The translations under genes and the position numbers were made by a program. This document shows, piece by piece, positions 30,673 to 39,881 of a stretch of DNA of 64,000 bases (position 1 is its first letter; every line of letters begins with the position of its first letter). The notes under the pieces are model-generated. The model saw only the letters and a program-made list of their open reading frames with translations, was not told where the DNA came from and did not search any database. Origin of the DNA: an uncultured Nitrospiraceae bacterium (lineage in GTDB: Bacteria; Nitrospirota; Thermodesulfovibrionia; UBA6902); NCBI GenBank assembly GCA_964347155.1, contig CAYFXR010000070.1, positions 7,657-71,656 on the forward strand, in the 5' to 3' direction.

Positions 30673-31782
30673 TTAAACTTTGTTAACAGTGATTTTATTG
30701 TTTGTGTTTGTGCTATTCTGTAATTTGGAATTTGCAACTTCTGATTTTAAGCTTAACGATTCCTTATACATTTTTTTGACTATTTTACTCGCGAGATCAT
30801 AAAAACCCATTTCAGTAATGATTCCCATACCATCTTTTAAAAAATCGGCCATTCTATTAATTGATTTGTCAACTCTCTTATCGTACTCTATAAAGCCGAG
30901 ATATTCGGGATTTATAGTCAGGTACTCATTAGCTACGGTTATAAATGATCGTCCCAGGTTAATGTCTTTGTGTTCTTTGACCATATTAATTAACAATCCC
31001 ATTTTTAAGCTTTTGATGCAAGCAGACAGTTTGGAACCCTGTTCCTTTCCCAATGAAGTGAATGCATCCTTTAACTTTGTTATTGTGTCAATCCTCTCAT
31101 CTTCTCCCGAATCAATGCATCGGTTAATGAGTTTCATACATTCGGCATCATTGCGGAAAGCCCTGGTTAATTTTCGCAATAAACATGTTTTAACAAATCC
31201 ATATGCATTTTGCATGGCGGTACTCTGAGGGGACAGGAGTATGATTCTGTTTGGTGCAAAAAGGAAGAAGTCCAATGTGGTATATGACGTCCCCGCACCA
31301 AGATCAAGAAGGATAATGTCTGCTTTAAGGTGTTTTAGATGGTTGAAAAGGCGGATTTTTTGTGCGTTTTTCGGGTTTGCGATACCGAGGATGTCATCGG
31401 CCCCACAGATTACTTTTAAATTTTCAACCGGCGTATTAAGGGCTATTTCTTCTATGTTTTCTACCTTTCGCTGCATGAAATCTATCAGTGTATAACGGGG
31501 ATATTTGATGCCTGTGAGCAAGTTTAGATTGCTTCCGCCCAGGTCTGCGTCTACCAGAATTACTTTCTTTCCCCATCTTGTCAGCGAAGCGCCTAGCATC
31601 ACTGTTATAAGGCTTTTGCCGACTCCCCCCTTGCCGCCGCCGACAGCCCATAGCTGACTTTTTAATTCCATATCTATTTGGGGTGCAACAAAGCCGGTGG
31701 TTTTGACAGGCCGATATCTCGTTTTATTCACCCTGTCAGGGGTTTTTTTGAATATAGATTTAAATAACTTGTATAGCCACAT
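30673..31782 (-). CDS. MinD/ParA/FlhG-family P-loop ATPase
   Basis: Deviant Walker A AVGGGKGGVGKSLITVMLG and Walker B ILVDADLGGSN; 369 aa with an N-terminal extension. Confidence 0.6.
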   Translation of the reverse strand: MWLYKLFKSIFKKTPDRVNKTRYRPVKTTGFVAPQIDMELKSQLWAVGGGKGGVGKSLITVMLGASLTRWGKKVILVDADLGGSNLNLLTGIKYPRYTLIDFMQRKVENIEEIALNTPVENLKVICGADDILGIANPKNAQKIRLFNHLKHLKADIILLDLGAGTSYTTLDFFLFAPNRIILLSPQSTAMQNAYGFVKTCLLRKLTRAFRNDAECMKLINRCIDSGEDERIDTITKLKDAFTSLGKEQGSKLSACIKSLKMGLLINMVKEHKDINLGRSFITVANEYLTINPEYLGFIEYDKRVDKSINRMADFLKDGMGIITEMGFYDLASKIVKKMYKESLSLKSEVANSKLQNSTNTNNKITVNKV

Positions 31783-31900
31783 TTTCTTTTTTAACTCTAT
31801 AGTAGTTTATTCGGACTTCTGTTGTAGGATCTTTAAAAAAAGACATGAAGAGGTAATTTTTAGCCAAACACTCATGTTTCTATGGGGCACTACGAAGAAT

Positions 31901-32102
31901 GAAAATGCCGTTTCTGTCATTCCCCGATCCCCGGTCAGGTCGAGGACAGGCTTGATCGGGGAATCCAGAAGCCGTTCCCGCGAAAGTGGGACACCACGTG
32001 GGGCAACAGTGGTATACACCACGTTGTGTACCATATCCCGCTGTGGCGGGGAGCCAGATAAAGGAAATGGATTTCCGTTTACACGGGAATGACATTTTCG
32101 GA
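31901..32102. ncRNA. Candidate structured RNA (riboswitch-like), class not assigned
   Basis: GC-rich about 200 nt in an AT-rich intergenic region. Closing helix GAAAATG..GTCATTCCC / GGGAATGACATTTTC. The 5' strand of that helix can alternatively pair with GATCGGGGAA at 31954-31963. Internal hairpins are CCCGC-GAAA-GTGGG, GTGGT-ATAC-ACCAC and CCCGC-TGTG-GCGGG. Strand is unknown. Confidence 0.3.
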
Positions 32103-32473
32103 TTAAATAATGCAGACATTATAGTTGAAAAAAATAACTATCAGAAGTTGTGAAGCTTCCCGATTAATCCCCTCAGCTTAGAGGAATTATAAAGTTCATA
32201 TTTTTGAAGATCAGATGAGAGCAATACCTGAGGAGGCGTCATTGGGTTTATTCGGCATCCAGTCTCCTTTGCGACATTATTTTGGACGGCCGGGTTTTTC
32301 GAGTTTGCTTTTTATTTTTTTTCAAAACTTAGTGATATAATCTTTTTATGGAAAAGACTAATGATACTAAATATAACGAAGAAAAAGAATTTATGGTAAA
32401 TTCATAATGTGTTCGCTATTAATTGATACACTGAATTCAGGATACATCCTCTCCCCTAAGTGGAGAGGGAGAT

Positions 32474-35062
32474 ATGATGGGAAGGAATATCATGGTTAAG
32501 GATTCGGAGAAATTTGACAAGGGTCCTGCAAAGTTCATACAAGACTTACCCGGAGACGCATGCCAAATACCTGAGCCAGCAACAGAACAAAAAGAAATAT
32601 CACCTGAATCAGAAAGGGTTGACTTGCCTGTGACAGGAATGTCATGTGCCGCATGCTCGTCGAGGGTGCAGAAGGCACTTTCAAAACTTGATGGAGTGGA
32701 TACTGCTGCGGTTAATTTAGCTGCCGAAAAGGCTACAATTTACTACAACCCGTTAAAAACTTCAGTTGGGGAATTCATAAAGACAATAAAAGACCTCGGA
32801 TATGGCGTGACAGTCTCAAGGATTGACATTCCGATAAAGGGCATGACATGCGCTTCATGTGTGAACAAAGTGCAAAAAGCTCTTTCGTCATTAAACGGCG
32901 TTTTTTTCGCTTCGGTAAATCTTGCAACTGAGAAAGCAACTGTTGAATATTCGCCTTTACAGGCTGGCATGAGGGACTTTAAAAAAGCTCTGAAAGATAC
33001 CGGTTATGACATTGTAGAGATAGAACACGGCGAGGACATGGTTGAGAAGGAGAAAAAGGAGAGGGAAAAAGAATATAAGCAACTAAAAACAAAACTCATT
33101 GTCGGGGCTGTACTCATCGTCCCGATTTTCATCCTTGTATTCTGGGATAGAATAGGATTGTCTGTAACTGTAGAGATACCAAAACAGATAAATTTATTGC
33201 TACAGTTTTTTATTCAAACACCGGTTCAGTTCTGGGTGGGATGGCAGTTTTACACCGGTGCTATTGCTGCCGCACGCCACAGGACTTCCAATATGAATAC
33301 ACTGATTGCTGTGGGAACTTCAGCTGCCTATGTTTACAGTGTAACGGCAACCTTTTTCCCGTCTGTTTTTGAGATAAAAGGTTATTCAGCTGAAGTATAT
33401 TTCGATACAGCTGCAACAATTATTGTTCTTATTTTGCTCGGAAGACTTTTTGAGGCTAGGGCGAAAGGTAAGACTTCAGAGGCCATAAAGAAGCTCATGG
33501 GACTACAGGCAAAGACAGCAAGGGTTATCAGGGACGGAGAGGAAAGGGACATCCCTATAGAGGAAGTAGAAATAGGCGATATCATACTTGTCAGACCAGG
33601 AGAAAAGATTCCTGTTGACGGTGTATTAAAGGAAGGATATTCATCAATTGATGAGTCCATGATATCAGGCGAGTCCATCCCTGTTGAGAAAAACATTGGT
33701 GATGAGGTGATTGGAGCGACTATCAATAAAACAGGTTCGTTTAGATTTGAAGCCACTAGAGTTGGCCGTGATACCATGCTTTCCCAGATCATCAATATGG
33801 TACAGGAGGCGCAGGGCTCAAAACCCCCTATAGCCCGTCTTGCAGATAAAATAGCTTCAATATTTGTCCCCGCTGTTATGGTGATTGCTGCAGTAACTTT
33901 TATTATCTGGTATTTCTTTGGTCCCGTACCGGCTTTTACATATGCATTGCTCAATTTTATATCGGTTCTTATCATCGCCTGTCCATGCGCTTTGGGACTT
34001 GCCACACCGACATCAATTATGGTGGGAACAGGCAAGGGCGCTGAAAATGGCATATTGATAAGGGGAGGGGAGTCGCTTGAAACAGCGCATAAAATAAACA
34101 CCATTATTTTTGATAAAACAGGTACGCTTACAAAGGGTGAGCCTGCTGTTACGGACATTATCAGGGCGCAGGAGTCAGGTTTCAGTGATCAGGAAATATT
34201 GTTTTTTGCAGCTTCAGCTGAGAAACGGTCGGAGCATCCTCTCGGAGAGGCTATTGTAAATAAGGCAAACGAGAAGGGTGTGACTTTGAGAGACCCGGCT
34301 GATTTCCAGGCTGTTCCCGGTCACGGTATCAGGGCAAAGATTGATGGCAAGACTGTAGTCCTCGGCAATGCGAATTTTATGAGTGATGAGAATGTAAATT
34401 TCAAAAGCCTTCAGAAAAGAGCTGAAGGCCTTTCTCGTGAAGGCAAGACCCCGATGTACATTGCAGTGGAGGGATATGCAATAGGAATAATAGCAGTTGC
34501 CGATACGTTAAAAGAAAACTCAATCGCTGCGATAAAAGCACTCGGCAAACTCGGTGTGGAAACAGTGATGCTGACCGGTGACAATAAGCGAACTGCCGGG
34601 GCTATTGCAAAAGAGGTCGGAATAGACCGGGTATTTGCTGAGGTGCTTCCAGAGGACAAGGTAGATGAGGTTATGAAACTTCAGGCTGAAAAAAAGATAG
34701 TTGCCATGGTTGGAGACGGGATAAATGACGCGCCGGCCCTTGCTCAGGCTGATGTGGGAATAGCAATCGGAACAGGCACTGATGTTGCAATGGAGGCTTC
34801 TGATATTACACTGATTAAGGGCGATTTGAGAGGTGTTGTAGCCTCAATAGCTTTGTCTAAAGCAACACTCAGGAACATCAAACAAAACCTCTTCTGGGCA
34901 TTTGCCTACAATACAGTTTTAATTCCGGTTGCTGCTGGAGTGTTATTCCCGTTCTTTGGAATTCTCCTGAACCCCATGTTCGCAGCAGCGGCAATGGGCA
35001 TGTCATCTGTTACCGTTGTTACCAATGCCTTACGGTTGAGAAAGTTTCGTTTTGATATGTAA
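32474..35062 (+). CDS. copA: Copper-translocating P1B-type ATPase with two N-terminal HMA domains
   Basis: [11 protein letters not shown] and [14 protein letters not shown] motifs, CPC transmembrane metal site ([11 protein letters not shown]), DKTGTLT phosphorylation motif, GDGINDAP; 862 aa. Confidence 0.85.
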   Translation: MMGRNIMVKDSEKFDKGPAKFIQDLPGDACQIPEPATEQKEISPESERVDLPVTGMSCAACSSRVQKALSKLDGVDTAAVNLAAEKATIYYNPLKTSVGEFIKTIKDLGYGVTVSRIDIPIKGMTCASCVNKVQKALSSLNGVFFASVNLATEKATVEYSPLQAGMRDFKKALKDTGYDIVEIEHGEDMVEKEKKEREKEYKQLKTKLIVGAVLIVPIFILVFWDRIGLSVTVEIPKQINLLLQFFIQTPVQFWVGWQFYTGAIAAARHRTSNMNTLIAVGTSAAYVYSVTATFFPSVFEIKGYSAEVYFDTAATIIVLILLGRLFEARAKGKTSEAIKKLMGLQAKTARVIRDGEERDIPIEEVEIGDIILVRPGEKIPVDGVLKEGYSSIDESMISGESIPVEKNIGDEVIGATINKTGSFRFEATRVGRDTMLSQIINMVQEAQGSKPPIARLADKIASIFVPAVMVIAAVTFIIWYFFGPVPAFTYALLNFISVLIIACPCALGLATPTSIMVGTGKGAENGILIRGGESLETAHKINTIIFDKTGTLTKGEPAVTDIIRAQESGFSDQEILFFAASAEKRSEHPLGEAIVNKANEKGVTLRDPADFQAVPGHGIRAKIDGKTVVLGNANFMSDENVNFKSLQKRAEGLSREGKTPMYIAVEGYAIGIIAVADTLKENSIAAIKALGKLGVETVMLTGDNKRTAGAIAKEVGIDRVFAEVLPEDKVDEVMKLQAEKKIVAMVGDGINDAPALAQADVGIAIGTGTDVAMEASDITLIKGDLRGVVASIALSKATLRNIKQNLFWAFAYNTVLIPVAAGVLFPFFGILLNPMFAAAAMGMSSVTVVTNALRLRKFRFDM

Positions 35063-35161
35063 AGGTCTGCATTTTTTCTTTTTGCTCCCTTCAGATCTTC
35101 TCTAATTGAGCCGATAAGATTATGTGAATTATTTATTAACTTTTTAAAATGGTGTTCCTGC

Positions 35162-36781
35162 GTGCTTAAACTGCTTTTAAAAGATATTGCAATAAGAGAA
35201 AATTTGTCTGTCCAGAGTAATACCTCTTTAAGAAATTCAATTAAGTTAATGAATATTAACAGAAAAGGTGTGGTTGTTGTGCTGGAGGATAAACGACTGG
35301 CAGGAATCTTAACTGAAAGGGATATTATTAAAATATTATATGAGGGCATTAACCTGGATGAAAGTGTAGATAAATATGCCAAGAAAACTTTGGTTTCAAC
35401 CAAAGGGTGCAGGACAGTAGGTTATGCTTTGAATTTGACAATTGATAATAAAATAAGAAGGGTGATAGTCACAGATGATTCAAATAATTTTATCGGTCTT
35501 GTCACACAGCAGGATTTACTTAAATATGTTGAAGAGGATTTTTATCGCCTAAGCATTAAGGTCAAGCATATTTTGAAAGATGCTGGAAGTCTGATCAGTG
35601 TCTCCTCAGATGATCCATTAATTAACGCACTCAAAAAGATGATAGAAAATAAAATTAGTGCTGTTGTAGTAATGGAAGATAGAGCAGTTGTAGGAATCAT
35701 AACAGAGAAAGATATTTTAAAACTGGCTGGTGACAATATTTCCCTTGAAAATATGGTAGACAAATATATGTCCAGTCCTGTTGAAACTGTTTGCAACGAC
35801 TCACCCCTTGTTGAAATTGTAGAAGTAATGAATTACAAGAACATCAGAAGAGTCTTAATCGTTGATCAGGAGGGACGGGAGATTGGTATACTTACCATAA
35901 GAGATGTGATTAAAAATTTAGAGGGAGATTACAGTAAATTTCTTGAAAGGAAGCTTAGAAATGCCAGGGAGATTTTGAACTTGCTCCCTGAGATGCTTAT
36001 AGAGATAGCTGACACCGGAAAAGAGCAGTTAATAGTCTGGGCAAACAGCAAAGTTATTGAAAAATTTGGCAAAGAAATTCTGGATAAATCTGTAGCAGAC
36101 TTTCTCCAAAGGAAAAATTGGAATAAAATCTATGATACCTTGAATAAATTAACCAAAGTAGAAAATATAAGGCTCAAGAAAGACAATAGAATTTATGAAC
36201 TTTCCGGATTTTTATTAAGAATTGATGGAAGAATAGAAAAAAGAAGATACCAGCTTATAATAAGAGATATTACGGAAGAAGTCAGACTATCTACGTTCGA
36301 CCCCCTCACTAATATTTATAACAGAAGGTTCATAAATGGATTCATGATACAAGAAATAGAAAGAAGCAAGCGGTCTTACAAAAAATTTTCTATTGTAATA
36401 TGTGATATAGACGATTTTAAAAAAATCAATGATATACACGGGCACTTATCAGGAGACATTGTACTTAAATCTGTTTCCCAGCTTATAACAAATACTATCA
36501 GGCATCTGGATGTTGTGGGAAGGTATGGAGGAGATGAGTTTATGATAATTTTGCCAGAGGCATCCGGCCAAACAGCTTCTCATATTGTAGATAGAATCAG
36601 ATTTAATATCGGTAGCTTGGAAATACCGGTTCTCAAAAACAAAAAAGTAAAAGTTACTGCCAGTTTCGGTATCGCGACTTTTCCAGAAGATGGGATATCC
36701 CCGGATGACTTACTTATTGCAAGCGATGAAAGGTTATATAAAACTAAAAGCTCCGGGAAAAATAAAGTTTTTTACAATTAA
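35162..36781 (+). CDS. Diguanylate cyclase (GGDEF) with tandem CBS-pair sensory domains
   Basis: Two CBS pairs in the N-terminal half. C-terminal GGDEF domain with RYGGDEFMIILPE active-site motif; 539 aa. Confidence 0.7.
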   Translation: MLKLLLKDIAIRENLSVQSNTSLRNSIKLMNINRKGVVVVLEDKRLAGILTERDIIKILYEGINLDESVDKYAKKTLVSTKGCRTVGYALNLTIDNKIRRVIVTDDSNNFIGLVTQQDLLKYVEEDFYRLSIKVKHILKDAGSLISVSSDDPLINALKKMIENKISAVVVMEDRAVVGIITEKDILKLAGDNISLENMVDKYMSSPVETVCNDSPLVEIVEVMNYKNIRRVLIVDQEGREIGILTIRDVIKNLEGDYSKFLERKLRNAREILNLLPEMLIEIADTGKEQLIVWANSKVIEKFGKEILDKSVADFLQRKNWNKIYDTLNKLTKVENIRLKKDNRIYELSGFLLRIDGRIEKRRYQLIIRDITEEVRLSTFDPLTNIYNRRFINGFMIQEIERSKRSYKKFSIVICDIDDFKKINDIHGHLSGDIVLKSVSQLITNTIRHLDVVGRYGGDEFMIILPEASGQTASHIVDRIRFNIGSLEIPVLKNKKVKVTASFGIATFPEDGISPDDLLIASDERLYKTKSSGKNKVFYN

Positions 36782-36805
36782 CCCACATAATGCATTATCT
36801 GGGTT
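36781..36805. repeat. TIR-only mini-palindrome of the MITE family (ACCCACATAATGCATTATCTGGGTT) at the GGDEF gene 3' end
   Basis: Read directly. Left and right MITE termini abutted. Forms a hairpin immediately after the stop codon. Confidence 0.6.
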
Positions 36806-36865
36806 ATGAACAAATTAGTTGTATATGTCAACATTTGCATTTACAAAAATTGTAACTCGTTTTGC

Positions 36866-36990
36866 TGTCTTGATAATAAAAGGATTCAAGGATTCGAAGA
36901 TTCAAGGGGTCAAGGATTATTTAATAAAATTAATTCCTTCACTTGAACCCCTGGACCCTTGACCACTCGAACCCTTGAGAGAAAAATTCG
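36866..36990. terminator. Large imperfect palindrome between convergent genes (candidate bidirectional terminator)
   Basis: GGATTCAAGGATTCGAAGATTCAAGGGGTCAAGGATT ... CCTTCACTTGAACCCCTGGACCCTTGACCACTCGAACCCTTGAG lies between the GGDEF gene (+) and the cytochrome gene (-). Confidence 0.35.
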
Positions 36991-37040
36991 GGAAAAGCCT
37001 TTACAATACTTGTAAACGCTTTTTGTAGCTATCATAAATT

Positions 37041-38057
37041 TTAATGTCCGAATAGATTTGGTATGATAAAAGTCTTATATTTTGTTACGAGACTTTTAAT
37101 ATTCAAATACTGTAAATCTTTGGTCTTTTTATCATCAAAACCGAGTGCTTGAAAATCCAATATGCCGTCTGGAGAATGACATTCATTGCAGGCGAAACTG
37201 ATCTCTTTTCTTGCAATATCTCTGTGGAAGTAGCTTAGCTGTTCTTTTCTCTCTTCAGGACTAATGTTTTTTTCTTTGTCAAGATACTCTCTGGCTTTTT
37301 CATTGTCCTTTGTATTTATCAATAATATCCCCCCCTTTTTTCCGGTTTTAAAAACGGCAATTCTTGATATTACATACTCTGTCTTTTGTGTTTCATCTGA
37401 ATCGTCTTTTTGAGATGAAAATATCTTTAACATCCTGGTTATCAAACTTTCAGTTTCCCCGTTTTCTTCGTTTTCACGCTTTTGGTGTGTTCCGTAAGGC
37501 TCACCGGTAAATTCGAACTCTTCAGGTTCTTTCCAATCATATGCCAGGTATTTCAGTTTATCCTTTTTAAGATGGCATACTTCGCAGAGCATGAAACCTG
37601 TATGCATGTTTACAAGAGCCCTGACCTTATTATTTTCACTGTGAGGGTATAAAGGATGGCAGACCCGGCAGGATGATTTGTCATTGAGGAGGGTGATGGC
37701 AAATCTTTCATCCTTATGGAAGTTGACAAAATATGCCGGATCAATGGTATCTATTTTTTCCTTGTCTTCAAGATGGCATTCGGTAGTGCAATCAACATCT
37801 GTTACGTTTGTATGTGGAAACTGAACTATCTGTGGATGGCATTGCTTGCAGTCTGTTTTGCCGTGTTTGGATGAGATGTGCTTTTCTTCGTCAATATGGA
37901 GTACTTTAAATTTATCGGGTTTTTCAAACTTTACGAGACCGGGATACCGATGACAGGTAAGGCATCCTCCCTTATCTACGGCAAGGCATTGAGGAGGAGA
38001 TTTTAAGACAAAATATGAAATTGTGATAAATAATATCAAAAAAACATGCTTTTTCAT
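37041..38057 (-). CDS. Multihaem c-type cytochrome (secreted)
   Basis: Six CxxCH/CxxxCH motifs (CLTCH, CKQCH, CTTECH, CRVCH, CEVCH, CNECH). Signal peptide MKKHVFLILFITISYFVL. The start is set at the internal Met. Confidence 0.75.
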   Translation of the reverse strand: MKKHVFLILFITISYFVLKSPPQCLAVDKGGCLTCHRYPGLVKFEKPDKFKVLHIDEEKHISSKHGKTDCKQCHPQIVQFPHTNVTDVDCTTECHLEDKEKIDTIDPAYFVNFHKDERFAITLLNDKSSCRVCHPLYPHSENNKVRALVNMHTGFMLCEVCHLKKDKLKYLAYDWKEPEEFEFTGEPYGTHQKRENEENGETESLITRMLKIFSSQKDDSDETQKTEYVISRIAVFKTGKKGGILLINTKDNEKAREYLDKEKNISPEERKEQLSYFHRDIARKEISFACNECHSPDGILDFQALGFDDKKTKDLQYLNIKSLVTKYKTFIIPNLFGH

Positions 38058-38081
38058 TTGTAAACACAGAAAGCACATTTA

Positions 38082-38239
38082 CAACAATGCAGGCTTTGTG
38101 AAAAAATTTATTTTTCGATACCTTAACATAATTTTAATCCATAGAGCGGTATATATGTTTGTGCAAAGACATTTGCATAATTTAATAAAAAAATCATAGA
38201 GTTAAATAGATTTTTGAACAATGTCTGTATTATTTGGGT
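38082..38239 (-). mobile_element. MITE-like repeat, copy D (inverted orientation), immediately upstream of the cytochrome gene
   Basis: The reverse complement reads CAAATAATACAGACATTGTTCAAAAATCTATTTAACTCTATGATTTTT...GGTATCGAAAAATAAATTTTTTCACAAAGCCTGCATTGTTGT. Confidence 0.6.
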
Positions 38240-38325
38240 AAAAAGTTTTTTCTTCAAGTAAGTAGTACTCTTAGAGCAAAATCAGATTTTTTTTATTCTG
38301 TTCACAAGGTTAATTATACATTATA

Positions 38326-38883
38326 TTATTTAGCTGGTAACTCTTGAATATTCAGCACCTTTATATCAAAATGGAGGATTTTGCCGGCTAAAGGGTGGTT
38401 GTGATCAAGTACAACAGTTTGTTCTTTAATTTCTGCAACGCGTGCATACACAATCTGCCCGTTGGCATCCTGGCCCTTTAGCATTATCCCGACTTTCATT
38501 GCATCTTGCGGAATCTGTTCCTTGCTGATCTCCATAAAAGCATTCTTGTTAACAGTGCCATAGCCTTCCTCAGGGCTTACTGTTACTTGCTTACTTTCAC
38601 CAATTTTCATCCCCTCCATCGCCTTTTCAAGCCCCGGAACAATTTGCTGAGATCCATGAACGTAGGTCAACGGTTCAGACCCAACATTGGTATCAACCGT
38701 AGCGTTATCTTCCAGCTTGAGAGTATACTCGATTGAAACTTTCTTGCCTGATGAAACTGTCATCTCTTTTTCTCCTTTCTTTGTTTCTGCTTGAACGAAT
38801 GATGAACCGATCAAAGCATAGAGGATCGAAACAAAAACAACAAATGACTTGATCGTATGTACTTTCACTGATTTTTCCTCCAT
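38326..38883 (-). CDS. FKBP-type peptidyl-prolyl cis-trans isomerase (periplasmic)
   Basis: Signal peptide. FKBP C-terminal motif VVLDHNHPLAGKILHFDIKVLNIQ; 185 aa. Confidence 0.7.
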   Translation of the reverse strand: MEEKSVKVHTIKSFVVFVSILYALIGSSFVQAETKKGEKEMTVSSGKKVSIEYTLKLEDNATVDTNVGSEPLTYVHGSQQIVPGLEKAMEGMKIGESKQVTVSPEEGYGTVNKNAFMEISKEQIPQDAMKVGIMLKGQDANGQIVYARVAEIKEQTVVLDHNHPLAGKILHFDIKVLNIQELPAK

Positions 38884-39279
38884 ATGTAGATATTAACGGA
38901 AATAGACTGGAAGGGTTTTCTGTGCTGTTGATTGGATAATTGTTTTATTCCAGACTTTTCTGGAAATATCTTCCTTATTAAAGAATTTTTATAAGCTTAA
39001 CATAGGGAGTGAAAATAGTCTATTGATAAAAAGGTAAAAAGTTTGAAGCCCGATATAGGGCTGCATTAAGGTATCGAGATGATTTTTCCCGCCTGCTCCG
39101 CATAACCCGGCAGCAAAAGTATCGCTCAATTTAGATTTTAATATCTTGACAATATGGCAGTTGATAATACTTTTTTGCTCCTTTAAACTAAAACACATAC
39201 ATAACCCAATTCCAGTTGGGAGCATACAACTCAGTATTTTTTCTATCTGGAACCAGGATCAATGTGGAGGTCTGCGATT

Positions 39280-39774
39280 ATGGCGGAACATTCATTTGAC
39301 ATAGTCAGTAAAGTTGATATTCAGGAGGTTTCCAATGCTATCCATCAAGCAATGAAAGAAATCAAGCAGCGGTTTGATTTCAGAGGCAGTAAAAGTAATA
39401 TTGAACTTGACAGGGGCAGGAACGAAATACTTGTTTTATCTGACGATGCATACAAATTAAAAAGTGTTATTGATGTCCTGCAGAGCAAACTGATTAAGAG
39501 AAAAGTTTCCCTAAAGGCATTACATTATGGGAAAGTTGAAGATGCACTTTCGGGAACTGTTAAACAGCTTATAAGCCTTCAGCAGGGAATCCCGACAGAA
39601 AAGGGCAAAGAGATTGTGAAAGTCATAAAAAATACAAAAATCAAAGTACAGGCAGAAATCCAAAAAGACCAGCTCCGTGTCAGGGCAAAGAAGATAGATG
39701 ACCTACAGTCAATAATAAATCATTTGAAAGAGAAAGATCTGGGGATTCATATGGAGTTTGTAAATTACAGATAA
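39280..39774 (+). CDS. yajQ: YajQ-family (UPF0234) nucleotide/c-di-GMP-binding protein
   Basis: [34 protein letters not shown]...LISLQQGI...[13 protein letters not shown] aligns along its length with YajQ proteins as I recall them. Confidence 0.7.
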   Translation: MAEHSFDIVSKVDIQEVSNAIHQAMKEIKQRFDFRGSKSNIELDRGRNEILVLSDDAYKLKSVIDVLQSKLIKRKVSLKALHYGKVEDALSGTVKQLISLQQGIPTEKGKEIVKVIKNTKIKVQAEIQKDQLRVRAKKIDDLQSIINHLKEKDLGIHMEFVNYR

Positions 39775-39881
39775 GTATAGAGTGATTGGTCATGAGTAAT
39801 GAGTTTGGAACTGAATTTAATCATATTTACTTGACTCTTAACTCCTAACTCTTAACTCTGAAGTATTGTATAATACAACGT

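Noticed and set aside
31901-32102. Assigning the structured element to a specific riboswitch class (c-di-GMP-I or cobalamin)
   Set aside because: Only short stretches resemble either consensus from memory (CGAAAG..GGGAC on the plus strand, CCCGCCACAG on the minus strand). Neither strand reproduces a full conserved core. A class call would need a covariance-model search.
31697-32119. ORFs of 131, 75 and 79 aa overlapping the GC-rich segment next to the MinD-like gene
   Set aside because: They sit on overlapping strands inside a GC-rich, hairpin-dense segment where long ORFs arise by chance. The translations are low-complexity (R/S/G/P-rich) with no motif. I treated the region as a candidate RNA instead.
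33382-34158. 258-aa minus-strand ORF inside copA, and similar antisense ORFs (4183-4551, 9047-9334, 34906-35403)
   Set aside because: They are antisense to strongly supported genes (CopA, NfnB-like, ArgD), low-complexity and without motifs. They are typical shadow ORFs.
39060-39100. Additional MITE copy in the FKBP / yajQ divergent region
   Set aside because: Only a 40-bp degenerate stretch (CTGCATTAAGGTATCGAGATGATTTTT) resembles the MITE interior. No TIRs are present, so it is at most an old remnant.
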